DNA of 55,785 nucleotides, filler included, from Sphacelaria rigidula (lineage: Eukaryota), in the NCBI GenBank assembly GCA_964200075.2. It is 5 parts of 5 records of this genome, joined end to end, with 100 filler letters (N's around TTAATTAATTAA, not from the genome) between each part and the next. Parts side by side here need not be neighbours in the genome. Positions count along the whole stretch, not along the records: positions 22,358 to 33,434 come from CAXNAA020005422.1; positions 33,535 to 44,610 come from CAXNAA020005423.1; 3 more parts are not named here. One strand, written 5' to 3'. Positions 22,992 through 36,900 of the stretch are shown in pieces. Position numbers and translations under genes: made by a program. Under the pieces are notes generated by a model. It worked only from the letters and a program-made list of their open reading frames with translations, searched no databases and was not told the DNA's origin. The first letter of the stretch is position 1. Every line of letters begins with the position of its first letter.

Positions 22992-25900
22992 TTAAAGCGC
23001 CAGGTCTCCCATTCGAGCATGTCCTGGTCCCTGCGCATTGGGGTCTTGTTGCAAGAGAGGGGTTGTAGACGGCGCCGCCCCCATCGTGCAAAGCGTGCCC
23101 TCTTTCTGTTCTCGTAGTGCGGCGCTTGGACGTCGGTACAAGACATAATGCTGGGTGCGCGAAGTAAAAACGAGGCACACGCGCCACATGGATTCGAAAA
23201 TATATGAGGCCACAGACTCGGAAAAAACGACGGTAGGTATGCCTGCCCCTTTTTCACCAAAAGAAGCACAGGAGGGAGAAATCAACGACCTGAGATGGTA
23301 TCACTGATTCTACCTTCGTCAAAAGGAAACGCATGAACACCAATTCTGGCGGGAATTACCCTTTGAACAAACAAGCCACAAGTGTGAACCCAGCGAGAAG
23401 GACTCAAGACAATCGACGGGTCATTTATACACCCCGGGCTGTGTTCCGCGTCGGTTGGCTTTTGGAAAAATGGTTGCACGGTACGAACGGACACTGAATT
23501 TTGCAGTATCACGTGGTACGCAGTGTGCGGTGCTGGTTAAGTGCGGTATGGTACAGGTTGGTGTTGTATTTATCGTCGTTTCATTCGGCATGTGTCACAG
23601 CACTGGTTCTCCGATACTGCGATGCGGTACGGTACTTGGCCAAGTGACGACGGAACCTACCGCGCTGAAATAAAATAATGGCAGTTCCCGGAGTGATGGA
23701 ACCTCGGTACCCTACCGCCGTAATCGCAGTTAGCTGCACGCCACACGTTACAACTGTACTGAATTGCTTTCATGTACGCACTGTGAAAACCAATCATCTG
23801 ATTGACGCCAACCCTAATTAGGTGGCATCGCGTAGGTGTAGAAAGAAACACAAAACGGAGCAAAGAAAGGTAGACACGGCTACTACGGACGACTGTACGG
23901 TGCCACCACTTCCAAATTTGAGTTCTAGCTTCACCACAGCATATGCCCAAGGTGTTTCGTTGAACTCAAAATGCGACGGACGCACGAATCCTACGCTTGC
24001 AAAAAAACACGGCTCGTGGCAAACGAGAAGGGCGGATCGTGGAATTACGATTCTTCCACACTCCGATCAGCAGCTATGGCAAAAAAAAAAAAATCCACCG
24101 GCGATCGCAAAACACCCCCAAAAGAAACTCAAGCAGAAACAATATGTAGCCTATGTAGTACGACGATGCAGGGAAAAAAAACGGAGTACCCGCACACGGA
24201 TGGCATACACCGCACTGCACGGTACACTGGAGCAGGTTATACTCAATCATCCATCGAGAGACGGAAACACCATTACCTACAACTTCTACAGCACCTTAAA
24301 CTAAGCTTTGGTCTCCCTTGCACACTTGCAACCCCTCCTCTTCCTCGGGTCAAGCCTGACAACTTCGTCTCAAGGGATCAACCCATCTCTCCCACGGTAC
24401 ACGCCTGACAACATGGTATGGCGGACGGGGTAAGCCCTGCCGCACCGTGTCGACTCTATATTTTTTCCATACCTACTCTCTCTAGAAGAGCCCATACCTA
24501 GTCAACTACCGAGAGAAAAGGGAAAACAAAACATGGATCATACAGCACCACTGAATTTGTCACGGGTTTAGAATTCCATTTCGCGATGCAGGTGCTGCAC
24601 GGGTTAGACCTGAATTATCGACGATGATTTGTTGTCTAGCTTCTCTCCATCATCTTCTTCAAGACAACGTGTCCCTTTTGTTTGTCTCTGGCGTCTTGCT
24701 GTGCACGAGTCGGATATTCTTGCCGTGGTGATGGGAGGTTCATTCATTTACCTTCATGTACAACCACCTTCTTCGAAAGAGAAAACGCACTAGACTCATC
24801 ATTTTTTTTTCCGTCTTTTTCGTCGTTGTAAAGTTCCGACGGATTTCGTTTTTATGCTGTTTTGACGGTCATTTTTATGCTGTTTTGACGTTCATGATGA
24901 ATCAGAATAATAATTCTTCACCTGGAGCATGAAAACGAGGTCGAAGACCACGCTGACCAGGCCGATAGCAAACTTTACTGGATAACCTCGGATACCACTC
25001 CAGTCCCCCGTGTTCCAGCAGTCCAACATCAACTGCGGGAAGAGACGGGGAAGCATGGGGAAAGAAGGTCAGCGCCAGCAGCATATTCAAAACGAAGAGC
25101 AACATATATTACAGCAGCCATGTTAATGCGTGGGTAGTATTTGCCACACAGTGCCAACTACTTCATAGAGTAAGCAGAGCAACATCAAATGAAGCACTAT
25201 CAGAGCGCATCAGTCACGATTCGCCCAGGGGAAAGCGGATATATATTCTCCGAAGAACAAAAAATGACCAAATATGGTGATGGTACGAGCACCACACCCC
25301 AGGGTGCAGTGCACCCTGAGTTCCACGGTATTTGCGCTATCTAAGTCTTTGAGGTTTCCTGGAGATACCGACTAAGAAGTACACTATATCTATTCCAGGA
25401 TTCCTGGGGATATTAGATGATGAGCAAATGCCAAGTGCTCTTGGATACCCAGGGGATGGGCTGGAACTGAATGCGGAGTTGTCAAGAGCTACCAAGGGTG
25501 CGGTACCTGACGACAGTCGATGCCGTGCAAGAGTGCTGATTATATTCGTAATAACTCAAATGTTAGACAGTCGCCAGCGGAGAGATGGATCACTACGGAC
25601 TTATACCGAACAAGAAGGAGGGGAGCGCACCGTGCTTTCACCTACCCCAACGTAGCCTAACTTAACGACCCTTGGGGCATACAGAACAGAGATAGGGACA
25701 TGGCTTATCGGCAGGCACTTGCGTGTTTAAGCATGACTTCATCACCCTTGAATCTAGCAAAAGGATCTGTGTCTACGATATACTCGGCGCGCAAGTGGAG
25801 TACAAGAGGCCTCCGGCTGGATATTATACCGATCCCAACGGTGAGGAACGGGAGGGGAAACATACATGGTGCTCACAGCGTATAAAAATACTTTTCAAGG

Positions 25901-28900
25901 TACCTAGCAAAGAGTGAGTGCCTGACCCATGCAATGTTGCAACCTGGGATAATTTGATACACAGTCAAACCAAAACCACCACAGAACATAAGAAACTAAA
26001 ACGCAGTAGAACGGCAGAGAGCACGACAGAAGCGGCGCCTCGACATGCCTGCAGATCGCTGCTTGATCGACCTGGGAACATGTGAAGAACAGCTGCTCTG
26101 GTGGAAGCAAACACACAGGTAGGGATCACAGAATGACCGTCATGGTGTCATTGGTCACCGGGGGTAATGCTCGCAGACAGGCTGAAGCTTCTCAGCTACA
26201 CCCCGCCGTCAGTTGAGGGTACTGGTCTGAAAAGAGGCCTGACGTCCAATAAAGGGATCGAGATGTCGTTCGTCACTCCCCTCTGCGAATGGCGTCCTCT
26301 AGGCTACAGCACTCACTGGCCGGACGGGAGGGTTAAAATATGTGCAAACAGTTCCCACATGTGCTGCTACCTCGCATGTCAAAATAGCTCAAGTGAAAGT
26401 CCGTGGGGGCTGAGCGAGTGCTGCCCCACCGCTAGGTACCAAGGGCGACGCAGGTACCCCGGGGGAGTAAAGAGGGGTCCATCGATCTCTCGAGACTGCG
26501 GAATCGTCCCGAATTGGTGGGGGGTGGTCACAGCAAGACGGAAGGATATAACAATAATTACTTTACAGGACGGTTTCGAAACTTGTGCAGGGCAAGCCCC
26601 GTTAATGGCCCGCTAGATTGTGATCACCTGTAGCACGCTGAGAAGACCACCTATGAGGTCCAGGATGACGTTCCATATGGTCCAGCCTTGCGTACTCCGT
26701 CGCCTAGCGTTTAGTACCACCTGCGGAATGTACTTGAGGATGCTCGTCCCTACCTGTACGAAAGTGAGTCGGCAGGCAGTTGAAGGAAAATAGGAAGACG
26801 AATCCGCAGGACGAGCGCCAGCAGCAGTAGAGAAAAAGGCGAGTCAAAATGGTTGATGCTGGTGTTGTTCGTGTCAAAGTTTACACAGGAAGCGAAACAA
26901 TACGGGTCCACCCCTGAGAATAATATGGACCGATACTCGTCCTGTATGTTTCGAAGAAAACGGAATCCCACGTGCGGGGTTGCCTGTCTCTGCCTTCCTC
27001 TACACAGTAACACCGTGTGTCACGTGCACTGCACCATCAATCACGCATGTACAAAGTTGCACATAAATTTCTATACGACTGTTTTCCGGCTGTTGGAGTA
27101 TTTGTGTGGTCACAGTGAGGATCCTACCACAGCGCAATCAGGATCACTTGTCTCTCGTCCGATCCGCTATATTCATTTCAAGCTACTGTACCATCACCGA
27201 ACCGGCAAATTGTGAGGTCCTCGCATAGTGCGGTCATGCCGATCTGGCGACCTATTGCACTATGCTGGAACTCTCAGTATATGTAAGTATACTTGGGGGT
27301 ACGGGCGAATATAATCTTGGATCTTGATTCGGATTGGGTGATGACCACACACAAAAGTGCCGAGTTGACACCACCATCCACACGCCGAACACCTGTATGT
27401 TCGCATCTGCACGTGTCTCGCAGAGCAGGCATACTCAACAGTGAGAGCCTCCCGGCCGTACAAACCACGTGTCCTTACTTTCTTAGATTATCCATCACGA
27501 GAAATAAATGTCCCATCGGTGTTACGCGGGGGTACCGCAGCACCGTCTCCACCCTTCCTCCGCCCCCTCCTCTCGTAAGATGCGGAGGAGTCCGAGTAGC
27601 AGATGAACCAGTCACTTATTTCACACGCACGACAAAATGGACTTCTGCGATGTTATTACGTTCTTAGCGTGTTCGCGCTCGTCGCACAAAACGATTAGAC
27701 TCATCATGTGTTGTCGTCCCATCTATTCTGGACGCCGGTCTACACCTTTCGGTATATGTGGGCGCATCAGCCGGGGTCACACAGGAGGACGGTCACCACA
27801 GAAAGGAGCTTTTTCTTATTATTTGTTTTTCGTACCCCACCTACCCTTCCGGTGCTTGCCTTTATTCTTTATCGCGAGAGGGATTCGACAGTTGCTTTCC
27901 CTCGTCGATCATGAAGTCGAATTTTTGTGCACCCGCGACATAGTCGCTCTCCACCGTTGGGCACGGTGTGAGAAAAATCCCAGATCGCTCCGAGAATTAA
28001 ACCCACGACTTGACCGTCAAGAGGTTTCGAGTGTACCAACTGAGCCACCGGGTTGACCGGCTACATCGTAGGGTGGGATTAAGTCCACAGCTAGCAATAC
28101 GCACGTATACTGGCGTTCCCCGAAATAAGGAAACAAGAGAAACATTGCAGTCAGAGAGCTCCTGCTGCAACACGATCAAAGCACGCGGACCCTTCTGGAG
28201 CGAGCTTTGGACGGGCACCAACGCCGGTGTACATGGTCGTTCTGTTCTGTCCTGATATGATCTGCTGTGCTGTGTTGTTGCTGTGACCTCATCTGTATAT
28301 CGCATGTGTGAGACATGTCGAGGAGTCATGGGTAACGAGCGAGGATGTCTAGAATATTGCGATTCGAATGAAGTCAATAAAAGTCATGGTACCAACAGAC
28401 AGTACTGTGAAACACGTACAGCAGGGTATGAAACAGTGGAACATTCTATACCGACTGTACCACTTAAAATCTCCAGTGCACACACAGACCCTGCAGCACG
28501 GCGTGAAATTCGTGCCAACACATCTTCACGTGGGAAAAAAAGCAGAAATTCGTTTACCCACACACCTTCACGTCGGACAGAGAACAGCACAATAATCGAA
28601 AAATATTAACGCTGGACCCATCGGCGAACACGAACTCTCACCAAATCTATTCACCCATACATCTGGCGGTTGGGCACGAGGCAACCGGACATGATCCATC
28701 AGAATTCACAAATTCGCACACAACCCCTCCAGGTCTCCTTATACTCCACATCCACCCACTTCCTACTCAAGGCAGAAGACAACGGGTCGTCAACCAGTTT
28801 ACCGCTAGGCCTCACAAATTTGCACGTCTCTCTCCCCAAGATTTGCCCACGATCCATTCACACAAACACACACACACCTTCACGTAGGACAAAAAATAAA

Positions 28901-29063
28901 GGAAGTCTAGCCAAGTCAGGTACTGCTCCTCCCCGACCCCCAATGCTTGCTCGATCGCCACAACGCTAGCGTACAAACCCGCCGAGATGGCCACGCCAGC
29001 GCAGAAGACGATGGCCGTGCATGATGGCCGTTGCCTGCCTGCTCGCCAGTCGTAGTACAACGC
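22992..29063 (-). CDS. CTNS: Cystinosin-like PQ-loop lysosomal/vacuolar transporter, 3' part (exons 29063-28878, 26753-26628, 25032-24922, 23150-22992)
   Basis: The spliced product reads ...WLDFLYFLSYVK|VGTSILKYIPQVVLNARRRSTQGWTIWNVILDLIGGLLSVLQ|LMLDCWNTGDWSGIRGYPVKFAIGLVSVVFDLVFMLQ|HYVLY...TTPLL...stop. All introns are phase 0 GT-AG. N-terminal exons were not found. Confidence 0.93.
27705..28057 (-). mobile_element. tRNA-derived SINE in a cystinosin intron
   Basis: Head ccggTGGCTCAGTTGG (A box) ... GGGTTTAATTC (degenerate B box). A second partial copy lies at 21605-21790. Confidence 0.75.
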
Positions 29064-29309
29064 CTTTGGGTAACACACGAGTTTGTGGTTTTTGAGGGTG
29101 GGCGAATTTCCATTGCGCCCGGTGCAAATATCGGGGAGGGAGGGGGGAAGGGTGGGCTATTGTCAATGCAAAGGAAAAGATCGCCCAAACACGAATTTGA
29201 ACAAATGTCGAGTAAATCATTGATATGGCTATACAAACGCAGATATAAACATAAAATCGACCTCGGGTACTGATTACCGAGCGGCTGCGGCGAGGGTGTA
29301 GGGGGTAGG

Positions 29310-29610
29310 AGGGGGGGTACTCATCATCTTGCATGCCGTAGTCATACGACCATTGATCCCGTATCCCTGCAAAGCCGGGAAGGAGCACGCCCGGTTTTCG
29401 CCGGACCAGACGCGCACTCAATCATCAAGCACGAAGGCCTTGATGTGCTCGGCGAGTCGCCTGAATGGCGAGCTGCATCCTGCTAATATCGTTCCGCCCA
29501 AAGCATACTGATAATCTTACGTCTGGATGACAGCCTACAATGAGTCGCTTCATTTTCTGGTATCGTCCTTTCCAGAGACAGCCACGGGGTACTACACACT
29601 GCCTCATGAT
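29310..29610 (+). repeat. Copy of the GGGGGGGTACTCAT-headed dispersed repeat
   Basis: Reverse complement of 18088-18380 and 22097-22257. Confidence 0.8.
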
Positions 29611-30676
29611 TGTCTCACCATTTAAACATTACGAAGTGTGAGCGCGCGGGGGGGGGGGGCGGGCGGCAGCAGATAATGGCCGCTGTGTGGGAGCGACCTC
29701 GGTTGCTCGTCGTTATTTTTACATTTTCTGTCGTTTCGGTTTGGCACGTACATCAACAGGGGGGGGGAGGGGAGTGGCGGCGGCGGCGGCGGCGGGTGGC
29801 GGGGGCAGGGGATATGCTATCTGCCATCAACACGCCACTCTTCGGAGGAAGATATTGTGGGACGTAGCCATTTCCGTCTCGCTCATGGCTCGGCAGGCCA
29901 GACAAGAACAATACCAATTGCACAGCGGCCGTTGTTCCCCTGCTCGCCACCTGCGGTCAGCTCAACGCCTACCTTGGCTCTTCTGAGACAGGACCTCGGC
30001 GCGGCTTGACAACTGTTGAGGATGTGAAGACGCTGGTCGAAGATATATCAAGCTCTATTCCCCCCGGAAAGGACCGAAACGCCGGTATCCCCATGTGCAC
30101 ACGGGAATGAAGGGTATCGATTGGTAAGTGATGGTGGTTTCCCGCCTATTTACTTCGATTTAGAGCGGATCTCTATCTGGAATCCACCGGGCAACCCCTA
30201 TGCAAAGGACAAGTAAATACAAACGCCCCGCGCGCACATAGCGGTCACACATAGCGGTCGGTGTCGAGATACAGAACAATAAGGACGTCAACATCCGCGA
30301 CGATGTTTTTCAGGTATAGTTCCTGTCGTAACCAGGTGCGTTGAACCACAAACTTGTCAGGCGCTCGCTTATGCTTGAAGAGTTCAAGAAACTTGCCTGT
30401 TCTTGCCATTAGCGCTTTGTTTTGTAAAGAATAGCGCAGACGGTATTGGAAAGACGAGCCTACGTCTGTGACCACGGGTTCGAGGGATCGGAAATAATGA
30501 TGATAAAGAAAAATAATTGCGTACGAGCTGGTTGGTCTTACCTTCAAAGAAAATCAGGATGTCCCCCGAAAAAACGGCCTTCAGCTGCGTTAGGTGCTTC
30601 TAAATGGCCATTCGGTGGGGTATCCCCAGAGCGCGGTGACCCACCATAGTGCGGTCGTAATCGCTCGCCACAAGTC

Positions 30677-31170
30677 CACGTTTAGGATGAATCAGAGTTC
30701 ATACGAATTGACTCCCCATGAAATAACAGGATCAAACCATATTCCGACTGTTGGTCCCGCATGAAACCGAGGGTGGATAACATTTGCAGTGGGGTCATCT
30801 CCGGCGCATTACAGATGGGAGAAAAGTACGCGTCATTCAAGACCTATGAAATGAGAGGATTCATCACGTGCCGACTCTTCGTCCCGCACGAATTACACAA
30901 GTTATCCATGTACATGCCATTTACGCCTTGTGAAATCATGAGTGGGTGGCATGTACAATCGGTCCATCGCACATGAACTACAGGGGATAAATATGTGCCC
31001 ACTATTTACCCCGTATGGACGGAAGGTAGGAAACAGGAACCTTTGATGGTACACTGGACAAGTTACGAGCTCAAAACCTGCATAAATTACAAATAATGTA
31101 CGGACCGTATGATCCATTCGTTGGAATGATGAATATGAGTTGAATCACGATTCCATTCGTCCGAACCGTG
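30677..31170. mobile_element. Non-autonomous DNA transposon family C with an 8-bp TSD (hAT/P-like signature)
   Basis: Termini cacgtttaggatgaat...attcgtccgaaccgtg. Perfect TSD cacaagtc at 30669-30676 and 31171-31178. Confidence 0.85.
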
Positions 31171-31899
31171 CACAAGTCCCATCCGTCATACAGGCTGGTT
31201 CACGCAAAGCAAATGTCTTCCGCAATACGCACCCAATAGTCGCATACATGGTATCATACTGACCACAATGAACACACGAAGAGGGTGACATAGCCGGAGT
31301 TTAGTTTCAGGCTATAGCGGCTATGGACAAAAAAGTGTCTCGACCAAGCACCGCCTTTTAAGCTGTTCTGAAATTGAAAACACGAATTCCAAGCCCAATT
31401 TCTACCGAATGTCCACATGCTTCAAATCGCAGTAACCTTCATCAGCTCGGAAATCTAACGGGAGAAACAGATTTGCAAACGGCTTCAACGGGATCGAATT
31501 ATGCCCGAAACCGTGATGTTTCGGTGATGTGGAGTTTTGGCGTCGTCTAATTTTCACCAGTGATACGTACGAAAGACCGAGGGAGCCTCGTGATGATTTC
31601 TCTCATATCCGTTGTAGAAAAGCTCCGATCATCCCCAAACTTGGCAATTCCGTAGGTAGTGATGCTCCAACTGAAAAACTTGTGTTCTCGGCAAGATTTC
31701 AAAGCTTCTCCGTTCTGTACTGGCTTCCGGAAGTCCCCGTGTAAAGACCCCCGGAAGGCGGTACAGAATGCCTCAAAGAACAAAGAATAACATGATGCGT
31801 CCCGGGATAGTCCAAGGAACACAGATACAAAGTTTGGTCGAGAAACTCGTGAATTTCACATAGTTTTTCTTGCCTTGACGTAAAATCCACGCGAAAAAG

Positions 31900-32690
31900 A
31901 CGTTTTCATACTAAAATCAAGTAGTTGGGAGGTTGCACGTTTCAAGCTCATATCCTCGCACCAACGCGCAAACCTTCACGCACCTATGAGGAGTTAGCCC
32001 CTGAACCTTTGCACAGATGTGCTGTGGATCATTACGCAAGTTTTGACCGACTAGGTTTTTCTACGACTTGACTCTATTGCCGTTTTTCGGGTGTCCGACG
32101 GGATCCAAGTCTTTTCTTTGAATTTGTCCCCATTCTGGGACCCCGGAAAATCGGCACTACGAAATGTTCCTCATTGTTTTCGTACATGCCCTGTTGCCTT
32201 AGAATCCAAGGAAGAGCCTCAGAACGTTTCGTGGCCAAACTCGATTAAGTTATGCTTGAGTTTACATGTTCACGTCAAAGAAGGCCCAAAAACGTTATTT
32301 TCATTCCAAAATCTAATAGTTTGCGGTTTCAACGTGGCACGGCAAGATTCGTCGCACAAACACGGAAAACTTCACGTCGTTTTGAGGAGTTAGACCCTGA
32401 AATTTTGCACAACTCTGCTATGGGTGATTACATAACTCGGGATGAACGAGGTACTTGATTTTCCCTTTTTTTACCGTTTCACGGGGGTCCGACTGGATCG
32501 ACTTTTCCTCGAAAAAAACTGGGATCCCCGAAAAACGGTGAAAAAAGTGAAAACGTAAGAAAAAACCTCGACCTTCGAAAGTTGTGTTATGACCCATAGC
32601 ACACTTGTGCAAAATTTCAGCGTCCAACTCTTTGAAACGGCGCCAAGTTTTGCCGATGAGTGTTTTTGTTGTTTTTTTTCGTGAACCACG
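31900..32690. repeat. Complex repeat with direct and inverted ~90-bp submotifs (gagttagaccctgaaattttgcaca)
   Basis: Copies at ~31960-32045 and ~32360-32440, inverted at ~32575-32660, and a related copy at ~35320-35370. Probably a DNA-transposon remnant. Confidence 0.55.
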
Positions 32691-32691
32691 T

Positions 32692-32962
32692 ACATGGTAC
32701 CTCTCTTCCAATTCCTCTCTATGGCACGCCCCAAATACCACTGGACTTCACCTAGGTTATCCGTCGGGAATATTTTGTTTAGGGTATCGCAGCCTTTCTC
32801 CACTCTCTTTGTTTCACCTCCAATTAGGATGTCGTCTACATGCACAACAAGTATGACACACACACTGCCCCCTTCCTCCTGTTTGTACACACACGGGTCT
32901 ACCTTACTTTGTTGCATTCCTGCATCCTCCATCAATGTTTTGTTCAGGAGCCAGCCTGTATG
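32692..32962 (-). mobile_element. Ty1/Copia reverse transcriptase fragment
   Basis: GMQQSKVDPCVY...ILVVHVDDILIGG...DNLGEVQWYLGRAIER. Confidence 0.9.
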
Positions 32963-33905
32963 ACTTTCGAAAAACTGCGTCGGAACGAGTTAATCGCGAG
33001 CAGGCTTCAAGATCGACCTAACCGACAATCACACATCCTCCTTACCATGGCTGGATCTCCCGGGGACCGGCTAATGTGTGATCGACGTGATCGATCAGTT
33101 GCTCGATTGATAAATTGTACCAATCAATAGATTACAACCGGCTAGAGTCATCAGTGAGATCGTTGACTGCCTAGAGTTGGATCGACACCATTTCCATCTG
33201 AAAAACTGACCGCCAGACTCAGCTGTCCGACTTGCGGGCGTTGGAACTGACTAGTGAGGGGGTCACTACGGCGCATTCGCCACTTACCTTCAATTCTCGT
33301 CGAAGACGTATCAGTTTTCAGTCGTCAAGCTGAGACCCTTCGGTCACGCATACTGTCGTCACGACAAAAGTCGAACGGAAACTTACGGGGGGGGGGGGGA
33401 ACCGGGCCTGAAAACCAAATTCACCCCTTTACTCNNNNNNNNNNNNNNNNNNNNNNNNNNNNNNNNNNNNNNNNNNNNTTAATTAATTAANNNNNNNNNN
33501 NNNNNNNNNNNNNNNNNNNNNNNNNNNNNNNNNNTTTCAATCCTCCGGGTTCTCATCCTCAATGAAAAGCACCATCCTCAACATAGATGATCGGCTGTTT
33601 CAGGCTGTGAACTCTCCGCGAGGACGGAGGGTTCCGAAAGATTAGCAGATGAAGGTTTAAATGTTTGAAACACTGAAAACGTTACCCACGAGTGTTTGGG
33701 AAAAAAGAACGAGAGTAGTGGTGAAACGTATACTATTAGCACACGGATGATTGATCTCGGCGCCCTTTCGAAGTACGAAACATGTTACTAGAAAGTGCAA
33801 AAGCCATAGACAACGCTGCTGCGGGGCATGGAAATCCCCACGTCAACCTGCCACACTCATTACATATTTGAGGAAAACAAAGGAGCTACCGGTGCTGCTT
33901 CATAC

Positions 33906-36900
33906 CAAAAGGCTCCCCGGTGTACCAGCCGCTTCGAGCATATTGGAGATCAGCGGTGTTCTGCCCCAGCAGAGATACCTGCGGTCAAGCATGAGCAACG
34001 TTCCGAAAATACTCGCATATTAGTAGTCAATTTAAAGATGGAAAGCGGGGAACAAGCACCCTACGAGAGAACGGGGATTCGTGCGGTGACCTCGACAGCA
34101 TTTTTTTCCGATACTTGCGGCTCCCGATTATGTCAAGACGTACTAGGACACAACAGTATCGGACGAGCTTGAGACGCACTTTCGACAAAAGCAAGCAATA
34201 ACACGCGATGAAATTGCCCGCCGTGCTTTCCCTCTCATTAACCATTCCTCCGCTCTAATTTGCCTCAAGGTCTTTGCCCTATGTACTGTCCTGATATGCC
34301 TCCGCGACATTCCCGTCAAGCCCCCGCGTTTATTACGCAAGCACTACTTGGTATAATTATGATGATCGAGGATATCTCAATTTCGAGCGGGCGATAAGAG
34401 CTTTCACGAAATTTTGAAGCCGTTGGCTACGATAGGCTATTGTATCGTACTGCTTCCGTATATTACCGGATGGATATCGATGTGTGTGTATATATATATA
34501 CGAGCTGGGCCGGCAGTAAACCCAGCATTCTCTGCCGTCACCACAACTCTTCAAGATTCCAAAATCAGGACGACCTGAGCATATCGCTGTGGACTGCAGA
34601 CTAACCTGGTAACATAAGGCACCGCCGCTGCTCGATTCGTGCACTTTTGGCGATTATGCTATTGTACTGCATCGAGTACCGAGTACGTCCCAATTCTTTG
34701 TGCGATAGCGTGTCTGGAGACGTTTCGTTTCACAAAATGCGGGGGAACTACGATAGACCGTTGCGCCGCATAGGCACACGCACACCTGATATGCCCAGGC
34801 AAGAGCACACTCGTCGTGCTGCAAGATGGCATCAAGCTCGTCATCAGCTCCAGAATGGGAGAGAACTTCCGAGCCAACTGTCCTATGTCATCGCACGAGG
34901 GAGAAGTACTACTTGAAACTGCACTATACCCCCCCAGAAGCGAGACCACCACTGAAACGTCGAGACCCTTTGCAACCCAGGGGTACGAGAGATTATTCAC
35001 GATTAGTGTGCACACAAAAACGTCTTTGTCGTGTAGGGATTCGAACTCGGGACCTGCGTCATTTGAGGCTGTTGTATCAGTTTGACCACCGGGGTCACAC
35101 AAAAAGTGCGACGCGAAGCCCAATTTTACGTTGTTTTGGCTGAAAATTCACAAGAATGTGGTTGACGCAAGCGCCCGTATGTGCCGCAGCTTCATCATCG
35201 TTTTTATTCAGTTTTAAGGAAATCATAGTATTTTTCCTGTTTTTGCTGAAACTTCAACTTGCTCTAAGTTCCGTTTTTTTTTCTCCCTCTGCACCCCTCA
35301 CTGGGTTGCGCAGATTGATGATAAAAGTGTCGTATGTAAATTTCAGCGCCTAACTCTTTGAATTGCCAAAAGCATCTCCACTCTTCGTTTAAAAATCACT
35401 GATGGCCGGCCCAGCTCGTAAATATACAGGGTAGTATACCCTACAATCCAAAGGCACGAACACCACAATTGGCTCGATGAAACGCTCGATTTTAGGATGT
35501 ATGGGTACATCGAAAAGAGCCTATATCTGACGAGCACCCCTTCCGTCGCGATTCAAACGTGGGATAGGTGGGGTATGTCGAAGGTCCACGTGCAACCGTC
35601 CTTCATTGGTGGCGCATGCCATGCTGTAGGATCCAAGAGGTTCACGAAAATTGAACCGGTGGAGAGGTTTCCATGTGTCGTCACCAGAATAGGTGCTCCT
35701 TCCCGTCATTGTTTGTGCGCGATTCACTCGAGATTCGCGCCTAAAGTGATGAAACGCACCGGTACCCAACAAGCTACTGAAGAGGTAACCGCAAGAAAGC
35801 CTAACCGTACCGAGCTGCCAGCCCCTGAGAAAAAGTACGATCTCAGGGAGCGGGCTTCATCCGCGCTGCACCTGCAGCACACTGTGAGCTGCAGTTCTCC
35901 TGTGATACTACTGTATCGTCGGCTAAAAGTGTACGAAAAAAACTCACCTTGGCTTTAGTCTACCGATGACACCTCCGATGCAGGGTCCTGTGTGCAAGCC
36001 TATCCTCATCTCGAAGTTCAGATCCTCTTCGTGCTTTATCCTCTCTAATTCGAACAGCATGCGGAACGCGTACTTCACCATAGCCATTGCGTGATCCTAT
36101 GATTGTATGCACATAAAGACGCATGATGCATTAACCGTGTATGGGAATCAAATGTCCTACGGAACGCACTCCCATTGTACTATACGTAGTAGAAGTGACA
36201 CACAATCGTATACAAGCACTTTGCCCGAGCAACGATATATATATCATGAACAGAGGACTATGAGAAGTGGGGATGAACATAACAGCAAGTTTCAACTCGA
36301 AAACAGTGCTTTCTCTAACTTAAAGCCCTAACAAATTACTTTCATGTGGACAACCTCATGCCTCCCCCCCCCCCCCCCTACCTCCCTGAAACTCTTTTAG
36401 GGTTTTCCGCCTTCCGTTCCCCCGAAGGGTATGTGCGAAAGCACGATTCTGCCTCGAAATCAGGGTGAAAAAGGGACGTGTTTTTTAACCCGAAAATTAT
36501 GCTTCCGCACACACCCTTTGGGGGAACAGAAAACGGGAAGCCCCCCAAAACGTTTTTAGGGGGGTCGGGGTGGATGCAGTCGTCCATATGAAAGCCATTT
36601 GCTATGACTTCAGGAAAGGGACAGCACTGTGTTGAAGTTGAATACCACTTTCATGTTCAACCCCATTTCTCAGAATCCTTATAGCATTGGATCTTTTGAA
36701 AAGGCCCCTCTGTAATGCGTGAGAGGACCGCGTGCTTAGAAGACCGCATCGAAATTTGAACACCCCCATGGTTAGATTTTAGGGTTATGGTTAGTGTCAG
36801 GGTTACGGTCAGAGGCGTGGTACCTGCAGGGACTGGCTCGATCAGTTTTGAAAAACATCGATCCCGAGGTGTTTTGAATTACGGCGCGGTCCTCTAAGCA

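Noticed and set aside
27555..27600. HDV-like ribozyme
   Set aside because: Only one hairpin (tcctccgc/gcggagga), with no room for the P2/P3 nested pseudoknot.
27975..28057. tRNA gene (also 35030-35097)
   Set aside because: A/B boxes are present, but there is no complete cloverleaf and the sequence continues into a repeat body, so a SINE head fits better.
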